In this document: piece after piece, positions 9,522-19,143 of the stretch | Numbering within the stretch: position 1 is the stretch's first letter | Layout: each line of letters begins with the position of its first letter | Assembly: GCA_021463645.1 (NCBI GenBank) | Contig: JAJTYI010000006.1 | Coordinates: 181,692-245,691 of the forward strand | Reading direction: 5' to 3' | Length of the DNA stretch: 64,000 bases | Origin: a bacterium | GTDB taxonomy: Bacteria; Patescibacteriota; Dojkabacteria; B142; OLB20 | Notes under the pieces: generated by a model | Databases searched by the model: none | What the model saw: only the letters and a program-made list of their open reading frames with translations | What the model was told of the DNA's origin: nothing | Made by a program: the position numbers and the translations under genes

Positions 9522-10138
9522 TCCCTCTTGCTATGAGTTTTATGTGTTTTTCCTGCTTGTAATACATGTCCTAGTGTTGTGAATGTTGTCCCGAATACAA
9601 CTCCACTAAGGAAAGCAATTAGCAGGAACATATATAGAAAAGCGGAAGATTCAGTTTCAGTAGTCTTTGTAGATGCTGTTGTTGTTCCAAATAGAAGGAA
9701 TGCTTCCCCGCTATCTTCTTTGAAAACACCGTCAGGTCCCATATATGAGTTTCCCTCAGTTTTGGTAATTCTTAATTGAGAAAGGTTATCTTCTCTTTCA
9801 ACTGTGAAAACTCCTAAAACATCCCCGTATTCGAACACATCGGTGGCATTAGCAATATCAACACAGACTTTGGTTTCAGTAAATTTATTGTTTTCTTCAT
9901 CACAAACACCAATTGATAGTAGTCCATCATCTCCAGCACTGAAACTTGTGATTGTTCCGCCTTGAACTTCAAGTCTAAGCTGGACAGCTGTGCTATTCAT
10001 GTCTGGACTAGCAAGAACAATGAATGTTTGTAATTCACTGGTTTTTTCACTCTGAGATTCTACCGTAACAGCTTGTGAGATTTGTGTGAAAAGTGTTAAA
10101 AATACTACTGTAGCTAGGGCAAAGAAGAACTTTTTCAT
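9518..10138 (-). CDS. Exported cohesin-like beta-sandwich protein with C-terminal TM anchor
   Basis: Signal peptide; AVQLRL...SIGVCD...VCVDIA...VLGVFTV pattern; Thr linker, TM helix and basic tail; paralog of 10158 and 22516. Confidence 0.55.
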   Translation of the reverse strand: MKKFFFALATVVFLTLFTQISQAVTVESQSEKTSELQTFIVLASPDMNSTAVQLRLEVQGGTITSFSAGDDGLLSIGVCDEENNKFTETKVCVDIANATDVFEYGDVLGVFTVEREDNLSQLRITKTEGNSYMGPDGVFKEDSGEAFLLFGTTTASTKTTETESSAFLYMFLLIAFLSGVVFGTTFTTLGHVLQAGKTHKTHSKRD

Positions 10139-10157
10139 GGCAGTTTTTAAAAATAAA

Positions 10158-10775
10158 CTAATTAATTTGGTTTTTGGGTTCTTTACTTGAAAAGAAAATA
10201 ATTACAAGGAAAGCTCCTACTAACACTACTAAGATACCAATAAGCAAAACAAATGGCAAGGAATTTGATTCATTGACCACTTCTTCCTCGATAATCGGTT
10301 CTGGTAGTTCCTCTAGGGTATTGATAGAGTATGATTCAAGAACAACTCCACTCTCATTTATCAAATCTCCGTTAATTGTAAGATATGCATGATCAGGATT
10401 CGCGGAGAAAACTGGTTCAATCCCGGGTTGTGTTTCCACTGTGACCTTTAATAGAACTTGATCAGTTTGTATCAAATCTTTTTTTGCAGCAATTTCTATA
10501 CAGATGTTCTGCTCAAAATAGGATTCGTTATTGTCACATACTGGGATATAACTAAGATTTATATCATCACTATAGGCAACGTCAATGATGTTACCCCCAT
10601 CAACTTTTACACGGAATTGTACAGCTGAGCTATCCTGAGTAGGTTCTGCAAGGATGTTGTAGACTTTAGTGTTATCTTGTTCGCTGACTAATTCTGCAGT
10701 TAATGCATTCACTCCAACAGTGAAGAACAATACCGAGAATAGAATTGAGAGACCTAGTGAAAAAATAAAACGCAT
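10158..10775 (-). CDS. Exported cohesin-like protein with C-terminal TM anchor
   Basis: Signal peptide; AVQFRV...IPVCD...ICIEIA...LLKVTV; acidic linker and TM helix. Confidence 0.55.
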   Translation of the reverse strand: MRFIFSLGLSILFSVLFFTVGVNALTAELVSEQDNTKVYNILAEPTQDSSAVQFRVKVDGGNIIDVAYSDDINLSYIPVCDNNESYFEQNICIEIAAKKDLIQTDQVLLKVTVETQPGIEPVFSANPDHAYLTINGDLINESGVVLESYSINTLEELPEPIIEEEVVNESNSLPFVLLIGILVVLVGAFLVIIFFSSKEPKNQIN

Positions 10776-10827
10776 ATTAGATAGTTAAAATATATATAAA
10801 TCAGTATAAACAGAATATTTTATAAAG

Positions 10828-10858
10828 AAAAGACCCTTCAAAAAGAAGGGTCTTTTTT
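10828..10858. terminator. Bidirectional intrinsic terminator downstream of the giant surface protein gene
   Basis: AAAAGACCCTTC-AAAAA-GAAGGGTCTTTT. Confidence 0.9.
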
Positions 10859-10876
10859 AATTCTATTTATCTTACT

Positions 10877-13800
10877 TTAAAGAGCACAAGAAGCTTTATT
10901 GTATCTTTGTGCGAAACTTTGGAAGTCAACTATGTCGACTTTTCCTAGTTTATCTACATCTTTTCCTCCACACTCTCCGTAGCTAATATGGTCAGCCTCT
11001 GTATCATCACAGAGTTTCTGGTAGTAGGAAGCAAAACCAACTTGGTATCCACCAAAATCGTATATGTTAAACCATCCATCTCCATTGACATCGGCTGGTC
11101 CACAAATGAATCCTACAACTACTGTGGGAGTAGGGGAAGCTTCGTCCGCCAACGTAGGGGTAGGAGAACTATCTATTTCCGGAGTAGGTGTTGGAGAACT
11201 TTCTACCTCAGGTGTTGGAGTTGGTGAACTCTCAACTTCTGGAGTTGGAGTAGGTGAACTTTCAACTTCTGGAGTAGGAGTAGGTGAATACTCGGGAGTT
11301 GGAGTAGGTGATTGTATAGGTGTTGGTGTGTTCGAACTTGTGACATCAGGGCCTGTTACCTTGAAGTCGGAGGTACAGGTGTTAATTTTTGTATTTGTAC
11401 CTGTCTGCACCTCTGCTGTATTTGTTATAACATCACCTTTTTTACCCTTAATCTTCATAACGTATGCGATTCTCTTAACTCCTTCAGGTACTTTACACTC
11501 TAGGTAGCTACCGGAAATCAAAGCTGGAGTATCACCTGGAGAGACATCCTCTTTGGTCATGAGGAAGTAGAAGCCTCCAATTAATAATACTACTCCTGCT
11601 ATTACTAATCCTCCAAGATATGGTTTTTCTTTTAGTGTTGAATTAGTAATACTATCTTTATTTTTATAAAGAATGTAATAAGTTACTCCACCAGATAGTA
11701 TTGAGAAGAGTATGAAACTAAACAGTACTGATCCGCGGGAAGTATATACATCGGATATCCCTAGAACTGCTGATTGAACTTCTTGTGTCTTGAGTTCACA
11801 ATATTTAGGTTTTGAAACTAGTTCCATCTTCTCACTTAAGTCGTCTCTTACAACTACAGTTCCGTCTGGTCCAGGTGCTAAATCGTTCAAGACGACCTTG
11901 TATTTGACTTGTTCACCAGTCCATAGTTTGCTTGGTAATTCCTGAACTTTTCTACATGTTAGTGCAGTAATGGTTAAAGGAGTAGGCGTTATTGATGGGC
12001 TAGGTGTAGTTGTTGGCTTCTGAATCACATTAAATGTGTATGCAGGACAATCTGTTGTTAAGCCACTACTTACAACTCTCGAGTTAACAGTAATTGGAGT
12101 GCCAATGGTGACATTATCCTTAACTTTCAAATTTAATATCAAAGCTCCGCCAGTTAAGTTACAGGTGTATTTATCGCCTGCTTCTGTCTTCGCGAAAGTG
12201 CAAGCAGGGTTAGGGTTAGCACCAATGTCCGTAGGTACTTCTAATTGGTTTGGAATGAAGAAGTGTAAGGTATGGAAAACTCCTTCGTTGAACGGAACTC
12301 GGGTATTTAGCATCGTTTGAACCTGAATTCTATTCCCAGGATAGGGGTCGTCATAGTTGCTATTAAGCTTAATATTTCTGCATTCAGCAGGTAAGTCTAA
12401 CCTATTCAAGTCACTAACAAATGTACTAGTTGATGCAGCTTCTTCTAGACTTGCTTCAGATCCATGGGTAATTGGTATTTGTAAGTCTTCTATACTGGAA
12501 GAGTTTGTTTGACTTCCACACTTTTCGAAAGGTGTGGTGGAGCTGGAGTTGAAATCGCAGAGATAATTTTCTATACTCCCTAGGAATCTTGTTAAATACG
12601 ACTCCTTTATCTTTTTCCCGTTGCTTGTCTCAAAAACATATGAGTCCATACCAAGATAATTATCCATAGAGGATTCTCTATTATTTTCTTTCCATGCTGA
12701 GCAAGAATTTGTTCCAGTTTCTACTGGATATGTTATACACTCTCTTGAGAAAAACTTGTATTGTGATACTGTATCGGTAACTCTAGTTAAGGTTCTGTAT
12801 TTACCGTCTCTGAAGTATGTTGTGTTTTCTATAGATTGGGCAATAATATTTGGTGGTCCAAATTTGCTAGTTTCTGTGGATGTCCATTCTGTACAATTGG
12901 CAACATCTTGATTATCTAAAATGTCACAACTCCTTGTATAAACTGTTTTCCCATCTTGTGAAAGAGCCGTGTAGTACAAGATATTCTTTGTTAAGGTGTC
13001 GTTTTCATATCTACCAATTCTATGATCAATATCTAGTGATCGTAATTTTGATGTAACTAGATCAGCATTCACAATATTTAAGGATTTTACTGAATGTTTT
13101 GTCCAAACTTCATCTTGGTAAGTGAAGTTGTTACACTTGGTGAAATCGACTCCTTCTGCTTTGCTCTTGTCCATATTACAGCTTCTGTAGAAGAAGTTTT
13201 CCCCTGCGGCATCGAGTACAACTTGTGAAAGGTTGTCACCTTGTGGCAAATCAACAACTGGTGGTGGAGGGAGAATTGGTAGCGGTAAATCTATAACATT
13301 ACTCTTTTTAATAAGAACATCACTTTGATATACCTTCAACATGTATCGTTTGGGTTTAATCCCATCCCATTGACGTATATCAACATGTGTAGATACATCA
13401 GTTTCCTTTTTGTAATTATTTTCAAGAAGGTTATCTGGTTGACATTTTTCTCCATCACACCCCCACACTTCGTATTTTATGTTAAGCTCATTAATGTATT
13501 CCCAGTTTAGCTCTACTTTATTATCTGTAAGTACTCTTGCGGTGATAGGCGTTCTAACAACATTCAAACCTTGTGGCTCAACTGTATTATATTCTAGGTA
13601 ACCATTACATTGTAAGCCTTCTGACCAGCTGTAACCACCCCTATTAGAATTGCATCCTAGTTCAGAATCCCATGTTCCAGTTGACCATGTATGGTGTGCT
13701 TCTGTTTGGAATGTTTTGGCATCAATAACTAGTTTGTCTATATATAAGTTTCTATCTCCTTCATCATTAGTAAATTTAACTCGAATTTTACCATTTACTA

Positions 13801-15916
13801 AATCCAAACCCGCTGTTGAAAACCCATAATTTGCATATGTGCCGGTTACAGTCTTTTTATCAATTAATATTTTCTGTTCGACACCATTTAATGAATATAC
13901 TACAGACATTTGAGGGAAGCTTAGTTTACCAGCATCTTGTGTACCTTTTGCGACTACGTAGGCATTATTTCCAATCGATGGTTGAGTTGATGGCGTAATA
14001 TTTTGAGCTAGTACCTCAGCCTGAATATTATCGTAATAATAACCCAGATTGTATGTGTAATTCATTTCAGGCTTAAGAACTATTCTAAATCTAGTCGTAT
14101 TTATATCTGTTGATGCAGGAATCTTAAGATCGAAGGTGTATGTCTTCCAACTTCCTGTCAATGCTGTCTTCGGAATTGGGATTTGTTGTAACCATCCCGA
14201 CCCGTCAGGGTGTTCTCTTTGTATGAATAGGCCCTCTAATGATGGTGGTGGCTGATGAACACTGCTTACACTATGTGCTTTCGCATTAAATTTTACTCGT
14301 ATTGTTCGCCCACTTAAGTTTTGTCCTGTTGCTATCCAGTGTGTGGAAAAATCAGCTTTTGTTTTGTCACCATCTAGTTTCCTTGCTAGGGTAATGTATT
14401 GTTTTCCATCAGAGCAAGGACCCCATTGGTCGCAATTATGCACTTGCGTTGCTGATGTGTCTATTCCTGTTCCATAAAACCAGCTCTTGTAGTCCCCCCA
14501 CTCAAAAGAAGAGTTTAGTATAAAAGGTATAAAGTTAGGAGAACAATCTCCTCCAGGACAGTCATTTGGACCACCGTAAAAACCCATATCGGATCTAGTA
14601 CCGTCAGAATCTTTCAGGTTGGGATCTCCGGCATTTATCCCGGGAGATCCTGGTTGTAGATGAAAATCCGATTCACTGACAAACTTAGGATCATCGTGCA
14701 GAGAGTTACAGAACTCCCATTTCCCGCACTTGGTACCTTCACCGGCATTTGCGAAAGTAATGTTAAAAGCTATTGAATCATAATTATTATAGTCGTCGGT
14801 AAAAGTATCATTATACCACCGACCTCTCATTATGCCGAAACCGTCGTAACGAGAATCGTCCGATTTTTTTGTGTGGGTAATAATGTTGTTAAGAATAATA
14901 GGGTAAGTGCCATAAGAGTAATCTAAAACATGTATTCCTGCCCCCTTATTCCCAACAAGAATATTATTCCTAACGATAGAAGTAGATGAGGAGAGAAGAT
15001 AAATGCCCTCTTCATTATTATTATTAATACGATTATTCTGAATTCTAGTCTTATCCATATAACCCACCACCACTCCTGCTCTGCCATTTCGTTCAACGAT
15101 ATTATTGGTAATTATACTTTCTGATCTATTACTCGAAACGATACCATCTCCAATATTTTCGACTATATTATTATTGGAAATAACAACACTGGAGGAACTA
15201 GTTGTATGAATGGCGGTATTAGGAGAGACGTTCTGTAATTGAAGACCATTTTGAATTAGTTGGTTATCAGAAATAGTGCCCTTAGATTCAATAAATGTAA
15301 TTCCATCTCCACCGTTCTGAGAGATTGTACTATTAATAATGTTTACTGTAGCCTTATACGCTATTATAGCATCACTACCGCAAGGGTCATTCTTCCCCGT
15401 ACACCATGTCCAATGCATCCCTGTAATTTTTATATTTTCTATAGTAGTAGTCCCTTCGTAGATTGATATGCCATTTCTGCCAACAGTTTTATCAGTAGAT
15501 CCGTCTAGAACAACAACTCCCTCACCTTTAAGTTTAAGGTTTCTTCCAGATTTTCCAGGAATATATAGAAATGCTCCGGAGAAACGATCAGGGTTGTCCT
15601 CGTTATACGTGTATGAGGTATAACCTGTTCTGGTATAAGTACCTGCTTTCAGTAACACAGTATCTCCACTCTTGGCTGCATCCACCGCTTGTTGGATTCC
15701 GTCACCACCCAAATATTGACAGCCATTTTGTCCTACTGTCCCAGTGGCACATACTGTAAGGGTATTCCCAGTGCCAGTTTGTGCAGATGCATCTTCGTGT
15801 TCTGTCCTCTCAGACAAATACCGAGCCAAAACGAGTGTGAAAACCATAAACAAAAACAGGAACAAGACTAGCAATATGGTTACTATTTGCCTTCTTTGGA
15901 GATTTGTCTTAAGCAC
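10877..15916 (-). CDS. Giant multidomain surface protein: N-terminal TM, right-handed parallel beta-helix, CBM-like domains, DUF11-like Ig domain with TM hairpin, PT linker, C-terminal dockerin
   Basis: IQQAVDAAKSGD plus Asn-rich NN/GI repeats; FTND-DRNLYID (CBM60-like); SPTPTPE repeats; DVNGDGWFNIYD and DVDKLGKVDIVD EF-hand pair. GTG 15916 is the likely start because the longer ORF overlaps gltX. Confidence 0.8.
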   Translation of the reverse strand: MLKTNLQRRQIVTILLVLFLFLFMVFTLVLARYLSERTEHEDASAQTGTGNTLTVCATGTVGQNGCQYLGGDGIQQAVDAAKSGDTVLLKAGTYTRTGYTSYTYNEDNPDRFSGAFLYIPGKSGRNLKLKGEGVVVLDGSTDKTVGRNGISIYEGTTTIENIKITGMHWTWCTGKNDPCGSDAIIAYKATVNIINSTISQNGGDGITFIESKGTISDNQLIQNGLQLQNVSPNTAIHTTSSSSVVISNNNIVENIGDGIVSSNRSESIITNNIVERNGRAGVVVGYMDKTRIQNNRINNNNEEGIYLLSSSTSIVRNNILVGNKGAGIHVLDYSYGTYPIILNNIITHTKKSDDSRYDGFGIMRGRWYNDTFTDDYNNYDSIAFNITFANAGEGTKCGKWEFCNSLHDDPKFVSESDFHLQPGSPGINAGDPNLKDSDGTRSDMGFYGGPNDCPGGDCSPNFIPFILNSSFEWGDYKSWFYGTGIDTSATQVHNCDQWGPCSDGKQYITLARKLDGDKTKADFSTHWIATGQNLSGRTIRVKFNAKAHSVSSVHQPPPSLEGLFIQREHPDGSGWLQQIPIPKTALTGSWKTYTFDLKIPASTDINTTRFRIVLKPEMNYTYNLGYYYDNIQAEVLAQNITPSTQPSIGNNAYVVAKGTQDAGKLSFPQMSVVYSLNGVEQKILIDKKTVTGTYANYGFSTAGLDLVNGKIRVKFTNDEGDRNLYIDKLVIDAKTFQTEAHHTWSTGTWDSELGCNSNRGGYSWSEGLQCNGYLEYNTVEPQGLNVVRTPITARVLTDNKVELNWEYINELNIKYEVWGCDGEKCQPDNLLENNYKKETDVSTHVDIRQWDGIKPKRYMLKVYQSDVLIKKSNVIDLPLPILPPPPVVDLPQGDNLSQVVLDAAGENFFYRSCNMDKSKAEGVDFTKCNNFTYQDEVWTKHSVKSLNIVNADLVTSKLRSLDIDHRIGRYENDTLTKNILYYTALSQDGKTVYTRSCDILDNQDVANCTEWTSTETSKFGPPNIIAQSIENTTYFRDGKYRTLTRVTDTVSQYKFFSRECITYPVETGTNSCSAWKENNRESSMDNYLGMDSYVFETSNGKKIKESYLTRFLGSIENYLCDFNSSSTTPFEKCGSQTNSSSIEDLQIPITHGSEASLEEAASTSTFVSDLNRLDLPAECRNIKLNSNYDDPYPGNRIQVQTMLNTRVPFNEGVFHTLHFFIPNQLEVPTDIGANPNPACTFAKTEAGDKYTCNLTGGALILNLKVKDNVTIGTPITVNSRVVSSGLTTDCPAYTFNVIQKPTTTPSPSITPTPLTITALTCRKVQELPSKLWTGEQVKYKVVLNDLAPGPDGTVVVRDDLSEKMELVSKPKYCELKTQEVQSAVLGISDVYTSRGSVLFSFILFSILSGGVTYYILYKNKDSITNSTLKEKPYLGGLVIAGVVLLIGGFYFLMTKEDVSPGDTPALISGSYLECKVPEGVKRIAYVMKIKGKKGDVITNTAEVQTGTNTKINTCTSDFKVTGPDVTSSNTPTPIQSPTPTPEYSPTPTPEVESSPTPTPEVESSPTPTPEVESSPTPTPEIDSSPTPTLADEASPTPTVVVGFICGPADVNGDGWFNIYDFGGYQVGFASYYQKLCDDTEADHISYGECGGKDVDKLGKVDIVDFQSFAQRYNKASCAL
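11140..11330 (-). repeat. ~30-bp coding tandem repeats (ESSPTPTPEV), Pro/Thr linker
   Basis: Repeated ggagtTggagtaggtgaact units. Confidence 0.9.
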
Positions 15917-16064
15917 TTTAAAAAAATCTAATATGTAGAGATACCTATAAATTAGAGTATTTAGAGAGCAATGTAAAGTATTTGAAAAAATTTCACAGAA
16001 ATCTCTGATAAGTTTATTAAAATCCCTGAATGAATTATAATTACAGCATATTGAAAGATTAAAC

Positions 16065-17537
16065 ATGGTAATAACTAGAATCGCACCAAGTCCTACTGGA
16101 AGTTTGCATATTGGCACACTAAGAACTGCATTGTTTAGCTATGCTTGGGCAAAAAAAAATAAAGGGAAATTCTTATTAAGAATTGAAGATACTGATCAAT
16201 CACGACTTGTTCCAGGGACAGAAGAAGAAATCGAAGAAATGCTAAAAATCTACGGCCTTGATTACGATGAGAAATCTAAACAAACCGAAAGAAAAGATAT
16301 TTATAAGAAATATGCAGAAGAATTAATACAGTTAGGACAGGCTTATTATTGTTTTGCATCAAAAGAAGAAATCCAAGAAGCTCGTGAAATAGCAGAAAGA
16401 TCCGGAGAACAGTTTAGATTTAGATCGCCTTATAGAGATTTTGATCTTGATAAAGCAAAGGAAAAGATAGAGTCTGGAGAGCCGTTTGTAATTCGTTTAA
16501 AAGTTGCGGAGGGCGAAGAATTTGAATTTGAAGATTTATTACAAGGGAAAATGCATTTCAAGAGCGAAGAAGTGGATGATACTGTCTTGCTTAAATCTGA
16601 TGGTTTACCCACATATCATTTAGCAGTTGTTATTGATGATCATTTGATGGGGATTACACATGTCATGCGGGGGGTTGATTGGGTGCCAAGTATCCCTAAA
16701 CACGTGTTGATTCACAGAGCTTTTAACTGGGAAATGCCAAAATATCTTCATTTGCCTCTCGTTCTTGATCCAGAAGGAGGGAAGCTCTCAAAACGCAAAG
16801 GAACTGTGGCTGCAAAAGATTTCCTAATACAAGGTTATTTGCCTGAGGCGATATTGAATTTCTTGATGTTATTAGGTTGGTCATCACCTATTAAACATGA
16901 GTTTGGAGAGAAAGAAAGGGAGATATTTAGTTTGGAGGAGTTTATAGAATTATTTGAATTGAAGGACTTGAATAAAAGCAGTGCAGTTTTCAATCGAGAA
17001 AAACTGCTTTGGTTTAGTCACCAGTACATGATGAACTTTAGTATCGATGAACTTCATAAAAGGTACGGTGAATGGCATGCAAAATATAGCGAGGAAAAAC
17101 AACTCAGACTTAAAATTGCTGAGAAAGGGGATAAATATTTGAAAGAAGTTTTAGAATTGGTACACGATAGAGTCAGGTTGTTGAGTGAAATAGACGAATT
17201 AATAAGAATCTTCTATTTTGAACCAGAGAAAATAAAGTTTAACGAATTTAAACAAATTAAGAATTTAAGTGATGAGCAGGTTTCGGTAATTTTGAAATCT
17301 GTGGTTAATGAATTAGAGAAAAAATCAGAAAATTTGGACGACTGGCCTCATGAAAAGTGGGAAGAATTTATGAGGAATCTTGCAGAAGAAAATGGGCTTG
17401 GTGCGGGAAAAGTCTTTATGACATTAAGATTGGCGATTACCAGTTCACCTGCAACTCCACCGTTATACGAAATTATGACAATTCTTGGTAAATCTGAAAT
17501 ATTGACCAGACTCTCGAAGTATGTAGATAATATCTAA
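16065..17537 (+). CDS. gltX: Glutamate--tRNA ligase
   Basis: RIAPSPTG.LHIG, RIEDTD, KLSKR. Confidence 0.97.
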   Translation: MVITRIAPSPTGSLHIGTLRTALFSYAWAKKNKGKFLLRIEDTDQSRLVPGTEEEIEEMLKIYGLDYDEKSKQTERKDIYKKYAEELIQLGQAYYCFASKEEIQEAREIAERSGEQFRFRSPYRDFDLDKAKEKIESGEPFVIRLKVAEGEEFEFEDLLQGKMHFKSEEVDDTVLLKSDGLPTYHLAVVIDDHLMGITHVMRGVDWVPSIPKHVLIHRAFNWEMPKYLHLPLVLDPEGGKLSKRKGTVAAKDFLIQGYLPEAILNFLMLLGWSSPIKHEFGEKEREIFSLEEFIELFELKDLNKSSAVFNREKLLWFSHQYMMNFSIDELHKRYGEWHAKYSEEKQLRLKIAEKGDKYLKEVLELVHDRVRLLSEIDELIRIFYFEPEKIKFNEFKQIKNLSDEQVSVILKSVVNELEKKSENLDDWPHEKWEEFMRNLAEENGLGAGKVFMTLRLAITSSPATPPLYEIMTILGKSEILTRLSKYVDNI

Positions 17538-17554
17538 TAATACATCTTCCTTTA

Positions 17555-19072
17555 ATGATAAAACTGCTAAAACTCCTGATATTTATCAATATTTTGGTTT
17601 TGTCTTCGATATTTACTAATCAAGATGCAAATGCATTGAGCTATGATCTCAAAATGGAATTTGAGGTTAACCTGCAAGAGAGCAATGCTGCAGGTGTGAC
17701 TCAGAAGGTGAAAATCAGAAACAACTCCGCTGATTTTCTTTCTACTTCAATGAGTTTGGATTTCCCTTTTTCTACTGTAGATTCCTTGAAAGTGGTATCT
17801 GAAGGAACACCTCTCCCGGCATCAATTGAAAACGGAAGATTATGGGTTGAGTTCGAAGACCAAGCGCTTGAATATGGAGAAAACAAAGAAATTGATATAT
17901 CCTACCAGATTGTAAATTTTGTTAAACCTTATGGAGACATCAGAGGGATTGTTTGGCCTAATTTTACAATAGAAGATCAAGAGGCTATTTATCCCTTAAA
18001 AATAAGCTATCCAGTAAGTTGGGATGATATTTACTACAGTTCCGAAGGTGTTGACATGAATGTAGTATTCGATACAAAGCGTGCAGTAGCGTTTAATGAC
18101 GTAAAAAGACCTGTAGGAATTTACTTCGGGAACTACACATTGAAACAATTTAATATACAACTTGATAAATCAAGATTGCTAAAGGGAGAAACATCGATTA
18201 GGGTTCCTTTAAATAGTGATTTTTATATTACTGGAATTAAAGAATCCACTTCGATTAATCGAGATAATAACACTTCGTCTGTGACAATTGATATTGAAAA
18301 ATATCTTGGGGAAATCCCGATGGGTATAATTTCTACTCAGGAAAATAATTTTGATGAAAATATTTCACCAAGCACATTCTCGAAAGGAATTGAAAAAATT
18401 GATGGGATAGAAAGTGATGACCCTTCTAAACTTTATAAAGTTCTTTCGGCAAAACTCAAACCACGTATAGAAATAACAGAGTGGAGCAGAAATAATATCT
18501 CTGAGATTCTTGAGGCAGATAAGCAATCGGATGTAGATTATGCTACTGTTTTTTCTGAAGTGTTCAAATCAAAAAAAATCCCTTCTCAAATATTGTATGG
18601 AATTGTACTTTTTCCGGATGGTAACTACCACTGGCATTTTTGGGTTTCTTATCTTGATAAAAATGATCAGAAAAGTGAGTGGAAACAAATTGATCCATAT
18701 ATGGATGCAATAAGTGGTTATGAAAGTTTCGACAGAATTACTCCTGTTCGAATCGTATGGGGTCAGCTAAACGAAAATAGTGATTTGTCAGATATTAATT
18801 TGGATCTCTTTCTAATTACCCCTGAAAATTTCCAATTAAGAAACTTTACGAATCCATCTGCTCAATCAGGCTATATAACTAGCCAATTGAATGAAAGGGG
18901 ACATGCTGGAGAAGTTTCAGTACTTGGTGAGTCTACAAACAACCTAAGCATTGATAACAACTTGAAATATAGTGTTTTATACGTTCTTACGGGGATAGGA
19001 TTGCTTTTTATCTCCGCATTAATCTTCAAGAGAGAATATCAACTTAATTTGAAAATAAAATCAAACAGTTAA
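17555..19072 (+). CDS. Exported transglutaminase-like domain protein, catalytic Cys apparently absent
   Basis: Signal peptide; SDVDYA / HFWVSY / WKQIDP spacing typical of TGase-like fold; C-terminal TM. Confidence 0.6.
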   Translation: MIKLLKLLIFINILVLSSIFTNQDANALSYDLKMEFEVNLQESNAAGVTQKVKIRNNSADFLSTSMSLDFPFSTVDSLKVVSEGTPLPASIENGRLWVEFEDQALEYGENKEIDISYQIVNFVKPYGDIRGIVWPNFTIEDQEAIYPLKISYPVSWDDIYYSSEGVDMNVVFDTKRAVAFNDVKRPVGIYFGNYTLKQFNIQLDKSRLLKGETSIRVPLNSDFYITGIKESTSINRDNNTSSVTIDIEKYLGEIPMGIISTQENNFDENISPSTFSKGIEKIDGIESDDPSKLYKVLSAKLKPRIEITEWSRNNISEILEADKQSDVDYATVFSEVFKSKKIPSQILYGIVLFPDGNYHWHFWVSYLDKNDQKSEWKQIDPYMDAISGYESFDRITPVRIVWGQLNENSDLSDINLDLFLITPENFQLRNFTNPSAQSGYITSQLNERGHAGEVSVLGESTNNLSIDNNLKYSVLYVLTGIGLLFISALIFKREYQLNLKIKSNS

Positions 19073-19081
19073 ATTCTCACT

Positions 19082-19110
19082 TTGACAGCGCTCTTGAAAT
19101 TTCCGATAAT
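19082..19110 (+). promoter_or_regulatory. Sigma70-type promoter
   Basis: TTGACA-17 bp-GATAAT. Confidence 0.55.
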
Positions 19111-19143
19111 AAGCTAGAATTCAATTTTACATAATCTGTCCAC

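Noticed and set aside
11064..11507. Plus-strand ORF with GVGVGELSTS repeats
   Set aside because: Antisense shadow of the PT linker in the giant protein
15917..16117. N-terminal extension of the 1746-aa ORF
   Set aside because: Overlaps the gltX start and the divergent promoter region; GTG 15916 precedes the first TM helix
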